A stretch of 64,000 bases of DNA from Trueperaceae bacterium (lineage in GTDB: Bacteria; Deinococcota; Deinococci; Deinococcales; Trueperaceae): positions 2,976,001 through 3,040,000 of the forward strand of contig OZ243913.1 of NCBI GenBank assembly GCA_965213705.1. The letters are read 5' to 3'. The notes beneath the pieces were generated by a model, which saw nothing but the letters and a program-made list of their open reading frames with translations, was not told the DNA's origin and did not search any database. How positions within the stretch are numbered: position 1 is the stretch's first letter; each line of letters begins with the position of its first letter. This document shows, one piece after another, positions 1-10,000 of the stretch. The translations under genes and the position numbers were made by a program.

Positions 1-26
1 AACCGTAAGGGTAGGCAAACAGCGAA

Positions 27-67
27 GTAGGGAAGTGGGGGCGTAAAAGCCGTACCCACTTCCCTAC
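27..67. terminator. 13-bp inverted repeat downstream of prfB (terminator or REP-like hairpin)
   Basis: GTAGGGAAGTGGG (27-39) and CCCACTTCCCTAC (55-67), about 20 nt past the prfB stop; only a weak U-tract follows on the minus strand. Confidence 0.5.
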
Positions 68-87
68 CCCCGCCCTCCCCCACTCCT

Positions 88-1192
88 TTACCCAACCTTC
101 CCCGGCGAACGCTGCGCGGCTTGCCACTCGAGCCCCGACCAAATCAACCCTTCGATGTCGCCGTCGAGCACGTGGTCCGGGTCGTGGCGCATGTCGCCGG
201 AGCGGTGGTCCTTGACGTACTGCTTGTCGAGCACGTAAGAGCGAATCTGCGAGCCCCACTCGATGGCTTTTTGCTCGCCGCGCGCTTCGAGTTGTTCGGC
301 CTGGCGGCGCGCTTCTTCGCGCTCCCACAAGCGGCTGCGCAGCACCGTCATGGCTTTCTCGCGGTTTTTGATTTGCGACTTGCCGTCCTGGCAGGTCACC
401 ACGACCTCGTCCGGCGTGCCGCCTTTGTACACGACGCGCACCGCCGAGTCGGTGGTGTTGACCGACTGCCCGCCGGGGCCACTGGAGCGGTACACGTCCA
501 CGCGCACGTCTTTGGGGTCGATGTTGACTTCGATGTCCGAATCGATTTCCGGCATCACTTCCAGCGACGCAAAGCTCGTGTGGCGGCGGTTTTGCGCGTC
601 GAAGGGACTCACTCGCACAAGTCGGTGGACGCCGCCCTCGGGCCGCAACAGGCCGAACGCCCGCTCGCCGCGCACGATGAGCTGCGCGTAGTCCACGCCG
701 TTCGGAGCCGCGTCGTTGGGGACGAGGTCGAGCACTTCGACGTTGAAACCCTGCCGTTCGGCGAATCTTCGGTACATCCGAAACAGCATTCCCGCCCAGT
801 CCGAGGACTCGGTGCCGCCCGCGCCGGGTTTGAGCGTCAGGATGGCCGCGCTGTCGTCGTGGTTGCCGGAAAAAAGCGTCTCGCGGTAAAGGTCGTCGAG
901 CGTCTTTTGAACGCGGTCACGTTCCTCGTCGAGTTCGGCGCGTTCGTCTTCAGAAGCAAGTTCGTAAAGCTCGCTCAAGCCCTCGACGTCGTTCTCGAGC
1001 CGCTCGAAGCCGTCCACCACCCGCTTTAAGCGTGCGGTTTCCTGGGTGATTTTCTTAGCGACCTCGGGGTCGCTCCAAAGTTTGGGGTCGTTGAGTTGCG
1101 GTTCCAGTTCGCTCAGCCGGAGTTTTTTCCCAGCCAGGTCAAAGATACCCCCGGAGGGCGGCGAGTTGTTCGGCTTGTTCGGTCATGGTCAT
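88..1192 (-). CDS. prfB: Peptide chain release factor 2, translated via programmed +1 frameshift (join 1192-1142, 1140-88)
   Basis: GGQ and SPF motifs in ORF 88-1020; upstream short ORF MTMTEQAEQLAALRGYL ends at CTT-TGA-C; the +1 frame continues DLAGKKLRLSELEPQLNDPKLW into the main ORF. Confidence 0.97.
1138..1153 (-). other. RF2 frameshift cassette (internal SD-like CGGGGG, TAT, CTT TGA C)
   Basis: Minus strand reads CGG GGG TAT CTT TGA C, the canonical prfB autoregulatory slip site. Confidence 0.95.
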
Positions 1193-1246
1193 GGTGCCTC
1201 CTGTGTTCGTAACGGTCCAGTATAGCCCGGGTGGGGCGGGGTTTTT

Positions 1247-1279
1247 CAAAAGAAATGAGGCAGGTATCGTCCCTGCCCC
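1247..1279 (-). terminator. Probable intrinsic terminator after the first subtilase gene
   Basis: Minus strand GGGGCAGG-gacgata-CCTGCCTC followed by ATTTCTTTT. Confidence 0.5.
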
Positions 1280-1303
1280 AAATCCGAACTGTTTGGTAGT
1301 GAC

Positions 1304-3889
1304 TTAGGGCTCGAGCTGCAGCGTCACCGACTTGCTCTCACCGGCGGCCAGCTTTACAGTTTGCGTCGCCGCGAGAGAACGTTGGGAACCGCTGGCGTCC
1401 GCCTTGACCGTGTAACTGCCCGCCGCCAAATTGTCCAGGGTGAAAGGCGTCGATTCGCCGTTCAACTTGAGGGTGGCGGTAGCGACGGCGCTGCCCGCGC
1501 CGCTGGCCGTGACGCTCACGCTGTCGCCCGGCCCCGGAAACCCGAAGGCTGAGTCGGCGCGAACGACGCCCGCGCCGTACTGGTTCGCCGTCATGGTGGC
1601 GTCGTCGAAGTAGGCCGTTTTCTTAAGTTGGTTCGTGACGTCCGCCGCGCTGAAACCGGGGTTTTGGGCGAGCACGAGCGCCGCGACGCCCGCGACGACG
1701 GGCGTCGCCATCGAGGTCCCCGCCTCGTAACCGTAATCGTTACCGGGGAACGTGCTCAGAATCGCCTCGTTGTTGCGCCCGCTACAGGCCGAGTTCTGGA
1801 GGAAGCCGTCGCCGCCCGCCGCCATGATGTCGAGGCCGCTGCCGTAGTTTGAAAAGCAAGAGCGCCCGAAGTCGCTGTTGACCGCGCCGACCGCTAAGAC
1901 GCCGCTGTAGCGCGCCGGGTAAAAGAGACTGTTGCCCCCGACGTTGCCGGCGGCGGCGACGAGGAGCGCGCCCTGCGCCTGGGCGGCTTTGACGGCATTC
2001 TCGAGGGTGTTACTTTGCTGGTCGGTGCCGAGACTCAAGTTGATGATTTTGGCGGGGTTGGGGTTGGTCAAGGTTTTACCGTCGGTCGTTGTAACCTGGT
2101 CGCCTGCAGCCCAGCGGACGGCTTGGGCCAGCGCGTCGGCGGTCGTAAAACTCGCCTGATAAAAGACCTTGACCGGAACGATTTTAGCCCCACCGTAAAG
2201 AACCCCGGCAACCCCCTTGCCGTTGTTGCCGACCGCCGCCAGGGTACCGGTCACGTGGGTGCCGTGGGTGTCGTTCGTGCTGTCGGGTTGCGGGTTGGTG
2301 TCGGTCTGCGCGCAGTTATTGCTGGCGCAAAAATCATAGCCGCCGACAAAGATGCCTTGCAAATCGGTGTGGCTCGTTTGGATGCCCGTGTCGAGCACCG
2401 CCACGGTGACGTTCGGAGCGCTGTTTTTGAAGCTCCAGGCGACGGGCAAACCCGACACCGGCATGTTCCAGAGCTTGCCCGTTTCGGGGTCATTCGGGAC
2501 TGACTGAGCGTAGATGTAATAGTTGGGTTCGGCGTAAACAACGCGCGGGTCTTGCTCGAGCCGTTGTGCAAGCGCCTCGAGTTTCACCCCGGCCGCAACC
2601 TGTACCAAGCTCGGCGAACTCGGCGTGCCCGCGCGGAGCAGGCTGAGGCCGTAAGCCTCTTGCACGGCTTCGGCCTGTGTTTTTTCGTCGGTCTGTAGCG
2701 TCAGGTCGGCCTGTAACGCCAAACCGTCCCGGTACTGGACGAGCAGTTGTCCGGGGACGTAGGCGGGCCGGTCTTGCACATTCGCTTGCAGGTCGCGCGG
2801 CGCCGTCTTGGTGACGGGCGTCGGCGTCAGGGAGATTTTGGCATTGTCGGTGCGAGCGGTGCCGGTAATGCGCCCCGCCGCGCCCGACGTTTTGCCAACC
2901 ACCGTCAAGCCGAGCTTCGTGCTGCCCGTTTTGCCGCCGCCGCTGCCCTTGATGGTCAGGGTGTAGTTCCCGGCGGCCACGCCGCCAGCCACCTTCACGT
3001 TCACCTTAGAGGTGCTGTTCGTCGTAGCCGGGTCGAAGCTAACCGTGACGCCGTTCGGTGCGCCGGACGCGCTCAAGCTCACGTTGCTGGAAAAGCTCTG
3101 AGTCTTGTTCACCGTCACGGTCGTTTGAACCGTCTTGCCCGCTTCGGCGCTGAGGCTCGCGGGCGACAGCGCGAGGCTGAAGGTCGGCTCGGTGGTGGTG
3201 CCGACGACGTTGACGTCGACTTTTGTGCTCGCACTCGAAGACCCGCTTTTGCCGCGCACCGACAGGCTGTACATGCCCGCCGCCACGCTGTTTTGCGTCG
3301 TCACGACGAGCGTGCTCTCCGTGCCCGCGGCCGGGTTCGGCTCGAAGCGGCCGCTCACGCCGTCGGGTGCGCCGAAGACCTCTAAAGTGACCGCCCCCGT
3401 AAAGCTGCCGCTCCGCGAGATGGTGACGGGAACGCGCACTTCTCCACCGGGAGACAGCGAGTTGGTAAAGCCGTCGGTCTCGAGCGTGAACCCGCCCGCC
3501 GCCCCGCCGCCGACTGTGCCCATGACCTCGAACGGCGTGCTGCCGCCGGGATAGTTGACGGTCAGCGTCGAGGTGTAGGTGCCGGCTTTCAAGTTGGGCT
3601 GGAGCGTCAGGGTGACGCTGCGCTGCTCGTTGCCGGGGATAGTTCCACTTCTGGGGTCGACCGTAAACCAGTCGCCGGGTTGAGGGTTGCTTGGCGCGTT
3701 TTGCGCCGTAATGTTGAAACTCAGGCTCGCGTCGCTCGTGTTTTCAATCAGAAACGAGGTCGTCTCCTGGGCGGTCGACAAGGGTTGGGGCGGTTGGATG
3801 TCGGGTTTGGAGGTCGTCGGGGTCGGGCCACCGCAAGCCGCCAACAAAACGAACAAACTGCTCAGAAAAACAACCTGTAATTTTTTCAT
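1304..3889 (-). CDS. S8 (subtilisin-like) serine protease lipoprotein with N-terminal Ig-like domains
   Basis: Lipobox LLAAC; catalytic motifs VLDTG, HGTHV, GTSMA; AAAGN oxyanion motif; Thr/Ser-rich beta repeats; prodomain ending YAEPNYY. Confidence 0.92.
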   Translation of the reverse strand: MKKLQVVFLSSLFVLLAACGGPTPTTSKPDIQPPQPLSTAQETTSFLIENTSDASLSFNITAQNAPSNPQPGDWFTVDPRSGTIPGNEQRSVTLTLQPNLKAGTYTSTLTVNYPGGSTPFEVMGTVGGGAAGGFTLETDGFTNSLSPGGEVRVPVTISRSGSFTGAVTLEVFGAPDGVSGRFEPNPAAGTESTLVVTTQNSVAAGMYSLSVRGKSGSSSASTKVDVNVVGTTTEPTFSLALSPASLSAEAGKTVQTTVTVNKTQSFSSNVSLSASGAPNGVTVSFDPATTNSTSKVNVKVAGGVAAGNYTLTIKGSGGGKTGSTKLGLTVVGKTSGAAGRITGTARTDNAKISLTPTPVTKTAPRDLQANVQDRPAYVPGQLLVQYRDGLALQADLTLQTDEKTQAEAVQEAYGLSLLRAGTPSSPSLVQVAAGVKLEALAQRLEQDPRVVYAEPNYYIYAQSVPNDPETGKLWNMPVSGLPVAWSFKNSAPNVTVAVLDTGIQTSHTDLQGIFVGGYDFCASNNCAQTDTNPQPDSTNDTHGTHVTGTLAAVGNNGKGVAGVLYGGAKIVPVKVFYQASFTTADALAQAVRWAAGDQVTTTDGKTLTNPNPAKIINLSLGTDQQSNTLENAVKAAQAQGALLVAAAGNVGGNSLFYPARYSGVLAVGAVNSDFGRSCFSNYGSGLDIMAAGGDGFLQNSACSGRNNEAILSTFPGNDYGYEAGTSMATPVVAGVAALVLAQNPGFSAADVTNQLKKTAYFDDATMTANQYGAGVVRADSAFGFPGPGDSVSVTASGAGSAVATATLKLNGESTPFTLDNLAAGSYTVKADASGSQRSLAATQTVKLAAGESKSVTLQLEP

Positions 3890-3993
3890 CGTGGTTCCAC
3901 CTTACCTTTTTGGGGAGACCTGGGGGCCGGCTCGAGCTGGGGTTTCGTTCACCGTTTTTTCACTTAACCGTCTTGTCTGAAAGTTCATGAGGG

Positions 3994-5721
3994 TCAGGGT
4001 GCGCGCCCGCAGAGCGTCGCCGCGCCGAGCGCCCGGTCGGCGCAGACCACGCCCGCGCCGTACTCGGGAGCGCTCATGTAGGGCTCGAAGCGTGCGCTGT
4101 CGGCGAGTCGGGTCAAGAGTTCAGTCGGACTCAAGCCGGGCGTCTGGCTCAGCACGAGGGCGGCAACGCCTGCCACAAAGGGCGACGCCATCGAGGTGCC
4201 CGCTAAACAGCCGTAGTCGTCGTCGGCAAAGGTGCTCAGGACGCTGCCGCAAAGGCTGCCCGGCTTCAAACCGCCCGGCGCCATAAAGTCGACGCTTTCG
4301 CCGTTGGCGGCGTAGTCCGAGAAGTTGGAACGGCGATAGTCGCTCTCCACCGAGCCGACCGCGCACACCCAGGGACTGTTCGCGGGCGAACGGATAAAGG
4401 TGCTGACGCCGTCATTCCCGGCGGCGGCGAACATGACGACGCCGCGTTCGTAAACGCGCTTCGTCACGTCGTCGATACTTTTCAGCGTGCCCGTGCCGAC
4501 GTCGGCAGGTCTGACCCCCAGACTCATGTTGATAATTTTTGCCGGGTGGGGGTTCGTGCCGACGCCTTCCACTTCCAACCCGGCCGCCCAGAGCAGCGCG
4601 TCGAGGAGCGCGTTGACGTCGCCGGTACCGGGCGCGTCCGGGAAAACTTTGATGGGGAGCAGTTCGACGCCCCCGCCGTAGGCGACGCCCGCGACGCCCG
4701 TCGCGTTGTCGCCCGTCGCCAGCGCGATGCCGGCGACGTGGGTGCCGTGGTCGGGCTCCGGGCTGCCGGGTCCGGGCCGGGGGTCGGTGTCCTGGTCGAA
4801 AAAGTCGTAGCCCGGCAGACTTTTTTGCTGCAGGTCGACGTGGGCGGTGTCGACGGCACTGTCGATAACTGCCAAAACCACGCCCGCGCCGGCTTGGGCT
4901 GCGCCCGTTTGAAGCGTCCAGGCCTGGGGCAGCCCGAAGTCTAAAAGGTTCCACTGTTCGCCCAGCCGCGGGTCGTCGGGCGTCGCCAGGGTTTCCAGGT
5001 AATAGTTGGGCTCGGCGTAGGCGACGCGCGGGTCGCTCGCCAGGGCGCGCGCGACGGCTTTGAACCTGCCCGGCGGCACGCGCACGAGTGTGGGCCGTTC
5101 GGGTTGGACCGGCCCGCCAAGCTCGAGCGCGTAGTCGGCGGCGACCCTGTGGGCGATTTGCGTCAAGCTATGGGGCTCAAGCCCCACACTTTGCGCCCCG
5201 TGGCGGGCAAACTTCACCAACAGTTCGCCCGCCACGTAAGCGGGTGTGCCGCCGGTAGCGGGGTCGCCAGCAACAGGGCCGCCCACAACAGGGTCGCCGC
5301 TGCGGGCGCTCGGGCTGCTCGGCGGACCCGAGGGCGCGTTGGGCCGGGCGCAGCTCGGCAGGCTGTCGTCGCTGCGGTAACTCACCGCGACGGTCGCGCG
5401 GCCCCCGTTCGAAGCGACGCTGAGGGCGGTTTGCAACGGTTGGTCGGGCGCGGCGTCGCCCGGTAGCAGCCTCACGACGACTTGGGCCGACGTACCCCCG
5501 AGCAAACGGCCTTTGTCGGGCGAAACGGACAGCGAGGCCGACGCCGCAGCGACCTCCCACTCCAAAATCGAAGCCGGCGCGCCTTCGTTCGAGACGAAGA
5601 ACACCGCCTCCGGAACAACGCCCTCGAGGTTCAAACTCTGTCTCGAGACGTCCAACCGGGCTGTGGAGGAGGTGCAACCGGTCAGCAAACCTGCTAAAAA
5701 CAAGCTCAAAAACCACTTCAT
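3994..5721 (-). CDS. S8 (subtilisin-like) serine protease lipoprotein, paralogue of the neighbouring gene
   Basis: Lipobox LLTGC; VIDSA, HGTHV, AAAGN, GTSMA; prodomain PAYVAGELLV...YAEPNYY. Confidence 0.92.
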   Translation of the reverse strand: MKWFLSLFLAGLLTGCTSSTARLDVSRQSLNLEGVVPEAVFFVSNEGAPASILEWEVAAASASLSVSPDKGRLLGGTSAQVVVRLLPGDAAPDQPLQTALSVASNGGRATVAVSYRSDDSLPSCARPNAPSGPPSSPSARSGDPVVGGPVAGDPATGGTPAYVAGELLVKFARHGAQSVGLEPHSLTQIAHRVAADYALELGGPVQPERPTLVRVPPGRFKAVARALASDPRVAYAEPNYYLETLATPDDPRLGEQWNLLDFGLPQAWTLQTGAAQAGAGVVLAVIDSAVDTAHVDLQQKSLPGYDFFDQDTDPRPGPGSPEPDHGTHVAGIALATGDNATGVAGVAYGGGVELLPIKVFPDAPGTGDVNALLDALLWAAGLEVEGVGTNPHPAKIINMSLGVRPADVGTGTLKSIDDVTKRVYERGVVMFAAAGNDGVSTFIRSPANSPWVCAVGSVESDYRRSNFSDYAANGESVDFMAPGGLKPGSLCGSVLSTFADDDYGCLAGTSMASPFVAGVAALVLSQTPGLSPTELLTRLADSARFEPYMSAPEYGAGVVCADRALGAATLCGRAP

Positions 5722-5842
5722 ACCCTAAAGCATACTTGCCGACGTTGCCTCGCAACGTGAGGTTTCACCCCTGAGCCGGTCACCGACCCGGTAACCCTTT
5801 CCGTTGTCGAGAGGTGCCGGTCGACGACCGGTCAAAACCGGG

Positions 5843-6883
5843 TCAAGCCTCGTTCCGCTCGAGCCTGGACACGTACAACTCTTGGACGAGCACTATTAAA
5901 ACCGCCGTGATGGGCGTAGCGACGAGCAACCCCAAAAAGCCGAACAAGCTGCCGAAGGCCACGAGCGCCAACAACAGGACGGCGGGTGGAATGGACACCG
6001 CCTCTTTTTGTATGAGGGGTTGAAACAAGTTGCCCTCGAGCTGCTGCACAATGACGTACACGACGAGCACCCACAAGACCTGAGCCGTACCACCGTCGCC
6101 CGTGAACGCGATGAGCAGGGCCGGCAGCGCACCCAGAACCGGCCCCAAAAACGGGATAAAGTCGAGCAGACCCGCCGCTATCCCCAAGGCCAGCGCATAG
6201 GGCAAGCCTACAATCAACAAGCCGACGTAGGTGAACACCGCGACGAGCGTCATCGCGAGCAGTTGGCCCGTCAACCAGTTGCGCAGCGTGATCCCGAGTT
6301 TGTACATGATTTCCACCGCTTGCGGGCGAACCCTCGGCGGCAACAGCCGGTACAAGTCGGTGCGGTAAAGCCGCGGCTCGCTCGCAAAAAAAATGCCGGT
6401 GATGATGACCAAGAACACGTTGCCCAGAGCGTTGAAAGTTGTGAACAAGGTGCTCGAGACCTGCGAAAGCACCAACGAAGTACGGCCCAACAGGTCGCTC
6501 AGGGGCGTACCGGGTTGCAAAAAGCCCGATAGCCACGGCACGCCCGCGACCCTGGCCTCGAGCGACTCGACAAGGGTGGGCAAAGTATCCGCAAACTGCC
6601 TGCTCTGTTCTAAAAAGGGCGGCAACAAAAACCACAAGCCAACCCCCAGACCCCCAAAAAGCACGAGCCCCACCAGGGCGAGCGACAGACCCACCGGCAA
6701 GCGCGTCGTGCGGTGAATAAAGTCGGCACCCGAACGCAGCAACACCGCGATGAGAATGCCGGCAAAACCGAGCAGCAAGACTTCTGAAAGCCGCCACAGC
6801 AGCAGCGTCAGCGCGACGACCCCGACCGCAAGGACGATAGCCACGAGAGCGCGCCTTGCAAACCCCGACAATGTTCCAGACAT
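5843..6883 (-). CDS. AI-2E family transporter (UPF0118)
   Basis: Polytopic membrane protein with FIPFLGP and QQLEGNLFQPLI motifs. Confidence 0.88.
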   Translation of the reverse strand: MSGTLSGFARRALVAIVLAVGVVALTLLLWRLSEVLLLGFAGILIAVLLRSGADFIHRTTRLPVGLSLALVGLVLFGGLGVGLWFLLPPFLEQSRQFADTLPTLVESLEARVAGVPWLSGFLQPGTPLSDLLGRTSLVLSQVSSTLFTTFNALGNVFLVIITGIFFASEPRLYRTDLYRLLPPRVRPQAVEIMYKLGITLRNWLTGQLLAMTLVAVFTYVGLLIVGLPYALALGIAAGLLDFIPFLGPVLGALPALLIAFTGDGGTAQVLWVLVVYVIVQQLEGNLFQPLIQKEAVSIPPAVLLLALVAFGSLFGFLGLLVATPITAVLIVLVQELYVSRLERNEA

Positions 6884-7156
6884 CTAAACGCCCTCCCGAC
6901 CCTGCCTGACAATATCACTCATCCGGGTCCAGCCGTCCAGTGCGAACACACTGAGGTCGGCGGCAGTACACAGGCGAACTTTTGCCAAACCGGCTTTACC
7001 GAGCTGGCTCGGTTTTACACAGCGATTCTCAACGCGTCCAGACGTTACTCAGAACAACGCACCATTTTCTGAACCGTTCCCCGACGGACAGTCCAAACTT
7101 AGCGGCGCAGGCCGGTCAAGCAGGGTTAAAGCTGCTCGCTCTTGGCCGGCCCCTTG

Positions 7157-7209
7157 GTACAAACTGATTTGTACAGACTGATTTGCACAGACTGATTTGT
7201 ACAGACTGA
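7157..7209. repeat. 14-bp tandem repeat ACTGATTTGYACAG, three full copies plus partials
   Basis: Copies at 7163, 7177 and 7191, partial at 7205; left edge forms palindrome GTACAAA-ctga-TTTGTAC. Confidence 0.9.
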
Positions 7210-7262
7210 GCAAGCCCTCGGACCGGACGTCTTGCTCTAAGGCGTGGGTGATAGCATGACTC

Positions 7263-8126
7263 GTGACGCACGAGCTTGTCTTTTACACGGCGGTGCCCGG
7301 TGCCGAACGCGGGTCGCGGGGTTACAGCGTGAGCTGGTCGGGCTCCAAGCTCATGGGTATTCTCAACGTGACGCCCGACAGTTTCAGCGACGGTGGCGCT
7401 TTTTTGCAGACCGAAGCCGCTCTTCGGCAGGCCCACGCGCTGCTCGCCGCGGGCGCTTTCATCCTCGACGTCGGCGGCGAGTCGACGCGGCCGGGTGCCG
7501 ACAGCGTGCCAATAGAGGTCGAGTTGGACCGCGTGCTGCCCGTAATCAAACACTTGGCTGAGACGACCGACGCGCTGCTCAGCGTCGACACTTACAAGCC
7601 GGAGGTCGCCCTGGCCGCTCTAAAAGCCGGCGCGCACCTGGTCAACGACGTTACAGGTCTGCGCAACCCCGACATGATTCGGGTTTGTGCCGAGCGCGGC
7701 GCGCCGGCCGTCATCATGCACATGCAGGGCGAACCGCGCACGATGCAGCGAGAGCCCGTCTACAACGACGTCGTGGGGGAGGTTTCGGCGTTTCTGACGA
7801 CCCAAGCCAAACGCGCTATAGCGCTTGACCTGCCGAGCGTCGTGCTCGACCCCGGTTTCGGGTTCGGCAAAACCGTGGCCCACAACCTGGCTCTGGTGCG
7901 CAACTTGCACGAGTTTGTCGGCGGCGGACACCCGGTCCTGCTCGGCGCTTCGCGCAAAAAGACGATTCACCACCTCGCAAACGTGCCCGACCCCGCCGAC
8001 CGCGACCCCGGCTCGTTGGCGCTGCACCTGTGGGGCGCGGCGCAAGGCGCGGCGCTCTTGAGGGTTCACAACGTCGCCGCGCACGCGCAAGCGCTCAAAG
8101 TGTGGGAGGCTGTAACGGATGCTTGA
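7263..8126 (+). CDS. folP: Dihydropteroate synthase
   Basis: MGILNVTPDSFSDGG, GGESTRPG, DPGFGFGK, SRK and RVH motifs. Confidence 0.97.
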   Translation: MTHELVFYTAVPGAERGSRGYSVSWSGSKLMGILNVTPDSFSDGGAFLQTEAALRQAHALLAAGAFILDVGGESTRPGADSVPIEVELDRVLPVIKHLAETTDALLSVDTYKPEVALAALKAGAHLVNDVTGLRNPDMIRVCAERGAPAVIMHMQGEPRTMQREPVYNDVVGEVSAFLTTQAKRAIALDLPSVVLDPGFGFGKTVAHNLALVRNLHEFVGGGHPVLLGASRKKTIHHLANVPDPADRDPGSLALHLWGAAQGAALLRVHNVAAHAQALKVWEAVTDA

Positions 8127-8478
8127 CCGCATCGTCTTAGAAGGCCTCGAGTTTCACGGTTTCCACGGCGTGTTTGAAGAAGAGGCCCGCTTCGGGGCAC
8201 GTTTCGTCGTGGACGTGGACTTAGGCTTGACCCTGCCGAGCGAAGACGACCTGCGCCGCACGGTCGACTACAGCAAAGTCTACGCCCTCGTCAAGTTTGA
8301 GGTCACCGAACGGCGCTACCGCCTTATAGAAGCCCTCGCCAACCGCATCGCCGCGCGTATCTTGAGCGAGCACGCGCTTGTACAAACCGTGACGGTGCGC
8401 GTTCACAAGCCGCACGCGCCGCTGCCCGGCGTCCTGCGCGACGTGTTCGTCGAGGTACGGCGTGCTCGAGGGGGTTGA
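8119..8478 (+). CDS. folB: Dihydroneopterin aldolase
   Basis: FHGFHGV..EE, VDYSKVY, LIEALA, KPHAPL; lies between folP and folK. Confidence 0.96.
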   Translation: MLDRIVLEGLEFHGFHGVFEEEARFGARFVVDVDLGLTLPSEDDLRRTVDYSKVYALVKFEVTERRYRLIEALANRIAARILSEHALVQTVTVRVHKPHAPLPGVLRDVFVEVRRARGG

Positions 8479-8998
8479 CGCGCTGCAAGGGCGGCCCCCG
8501 GAAGACACCGCTTTCGTCGCACTCGGCAGCAACTTGGACGACCCCGCGGCGCAGTTGCGGCGGGCGGCCCGCGCTTTGGAAACCCTGGGTGCGGTCACGG
8601 CGCGCTCGAGCCTTTACCAAACCGCCCCGGTCGGCGGCCCGCCGGGCCAAGCTCCTTACCTCAACGCAGTGGTGAGCTTGACGCCCCAAAATCCCTATCA
8701 AAATCCCGAAACGCTTCTTGGGGCGTTGCTGGCCTTGGAAAAAAGTCAGGGGCGCGTGCGCCTGGCGCGCTGGGGACCGCGCACGCTCGACCTCGACCTG
8801 CTCAGTTACGGAACGAGGGTTCTCGACACGGTTGCGCTCACGCTGCCCCACCCGCGCATGTGGGAGCGCGTTTTTGTGCTCGAGCCCCTGTGCGAAGTCG
8901 CGCCCGAGTTTCGCCACCCGGTCACGGGCGAAAACGCGTGCGCCGCGCTGGCCCGGCTCGGCAGGTCGGGCGTGCGGAAGACGGAGCATAGTTGGTGA
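8462..8998 (+). CDS. folK: HPPK (2-amino-4-hydroxy-6-hydroxymethyldihydropteridine diphosphokinase)
   Basis: ALGSNL, YLNAV, WGPRTLDLDLL, LPHPRM motifs; start uncertain. Confidence 0.95.
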   Translation: MLEGVDALQGRPPEDTAFVALGSNLDDPAAQLRRAARALETLGAVTARSSLYQTAPVGGPPGQAPYLNAVVSLTPQNPYQNPETLLGALLALEKSQGRVRLARWGPRTLDLDLLSYGTRVLDTVALTLPHPRMWERVFVLEPLCEVAPEFRHPVTGENACAALARLGRSGVRKTEHSW

Positions 8999-9259
8999 CT
9001 TGACTTGTTGGCTGAGCGACCAGAAGGTTTTGAGAACGCGCTGCACGGCTTTTGCCCGTTGCCCCGCTCAGGTAGCCTTCCGTTTTGGGGCCGACCCAAA
9101 AGCAGTGGCTCGACCGCCCCGCCGCCCCGACCTTGCCGACTTTTCAACGCGCCCGGCGGCGCGGGTGTGTTACTTTAGGTAAAAGCCGTTTTCGCGGTGC
9201 AAGGCAGGCTTTTTGCGCCGTTTGATTCTTTGAGAAACGCCTCGAGGAGGCTCACCCGA

Positions 9260-10000
9260 GTGCCACCGCTGTACGAGTTCCGCCCTGTAGACGCCCTCGA
9301 CGTCGTCATCATCGCGGTGCTGCTTTACCAGATTTACAAGCTGCTTATCGGCTCTCGAGCCTGGAACGTGTTTCGCGGTCTGGCCGCGCTGGCGTTGCTG
9401 TGGTTTTTGGCGAACCAACTCGACCTCAAAGCGACCTCGTGGCTGTTCAACCGCGTTGCGCCCGCCGCCTTTTTGGCGGTCGTGGTCGTGTTTCAGCCCG
9501 AACTGCGCGCCGCTCTGGAACGGGTGGGCCGAGGCCGCCTGAACCGCAGCCAGAGCGGCGACCCGGTGCAAGAAATCATGACGGCGGTGCGCGAACTCGC
9601 CACCCAGCGCCGCGGCGCGCTCATCGCTATCGAGCGGCAAACGCCGTTGCTGGAATTCGGGCAGAGCGCCACGCCGCTGGGCGCACCCGTGAGCGCCGCG
9701 CTGCTGCAAACCATCTTCGACTCGAAGGGGCCGCTGCACGACGGCGGCGTCATCATCAGCGACGACACCCTCACCTTCGCCGGGGCAATTTTTCCGTTGT
9801 CGGACAAAAACGAGGGCTGGTCGGTCAAGCACGGCACCCGCCACCGCGCGGCCCTGGGCTTGTCCGAGGTCAGCGACGCGCTCGTCATCGTGGTGAGCGA
9901 GGAGCGCGGCACGGTGAGCGTCGCGCTAGGAGCGGCGCTCAAAACCGACATCGCCCCGGCCGACGTGCTGAGCGCCCTCACCGAGGTGTACAGCGCGTGA
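9260..10000 (+). CDS. cdaA: Membrane diadenylate cyclase (CdaA/DacA type)
   Basis: Three N-terminal TM segments, VVFQPELR, PLHDGG, GTRHRAA, VVSEERG; GAGGAGG RBS before GTG at 9260. Confidence 0.93.
   Translation: MPPLYEFRPVDALDVVIIAVLLYQIYKLLIGSRAWNVFRGLAALALLWFLANQLDLKATSWLFNRVAPAAFLAVVVVFQPELRAALERVGRGRLNRSQSGDPVQEIMTAVRELATQRRGALIAIERQTPLLEFGQSATPLGAPVSAALLQTIFDSKGPLHDGGVIISDDTLTFAGAIFPLSDKNEGWSVKHGTRHRAALGLSEVSDALVIVVSEERGTVSVALGAALKTDIAPADVLSALTEVYSA

Noticed and set aside
6884..7262. THF or ZTP riboswitch before folP
   Set aside because: No consensus elements found, and a -10-like TAGCAT lies 5 nt before the start codon.
8999..9259. c-di-AMP riboswitch before cdaA
   Set aside because: Only a small TTTTGGG/CCCAAAA hairpin is present; no ydaO consensus.
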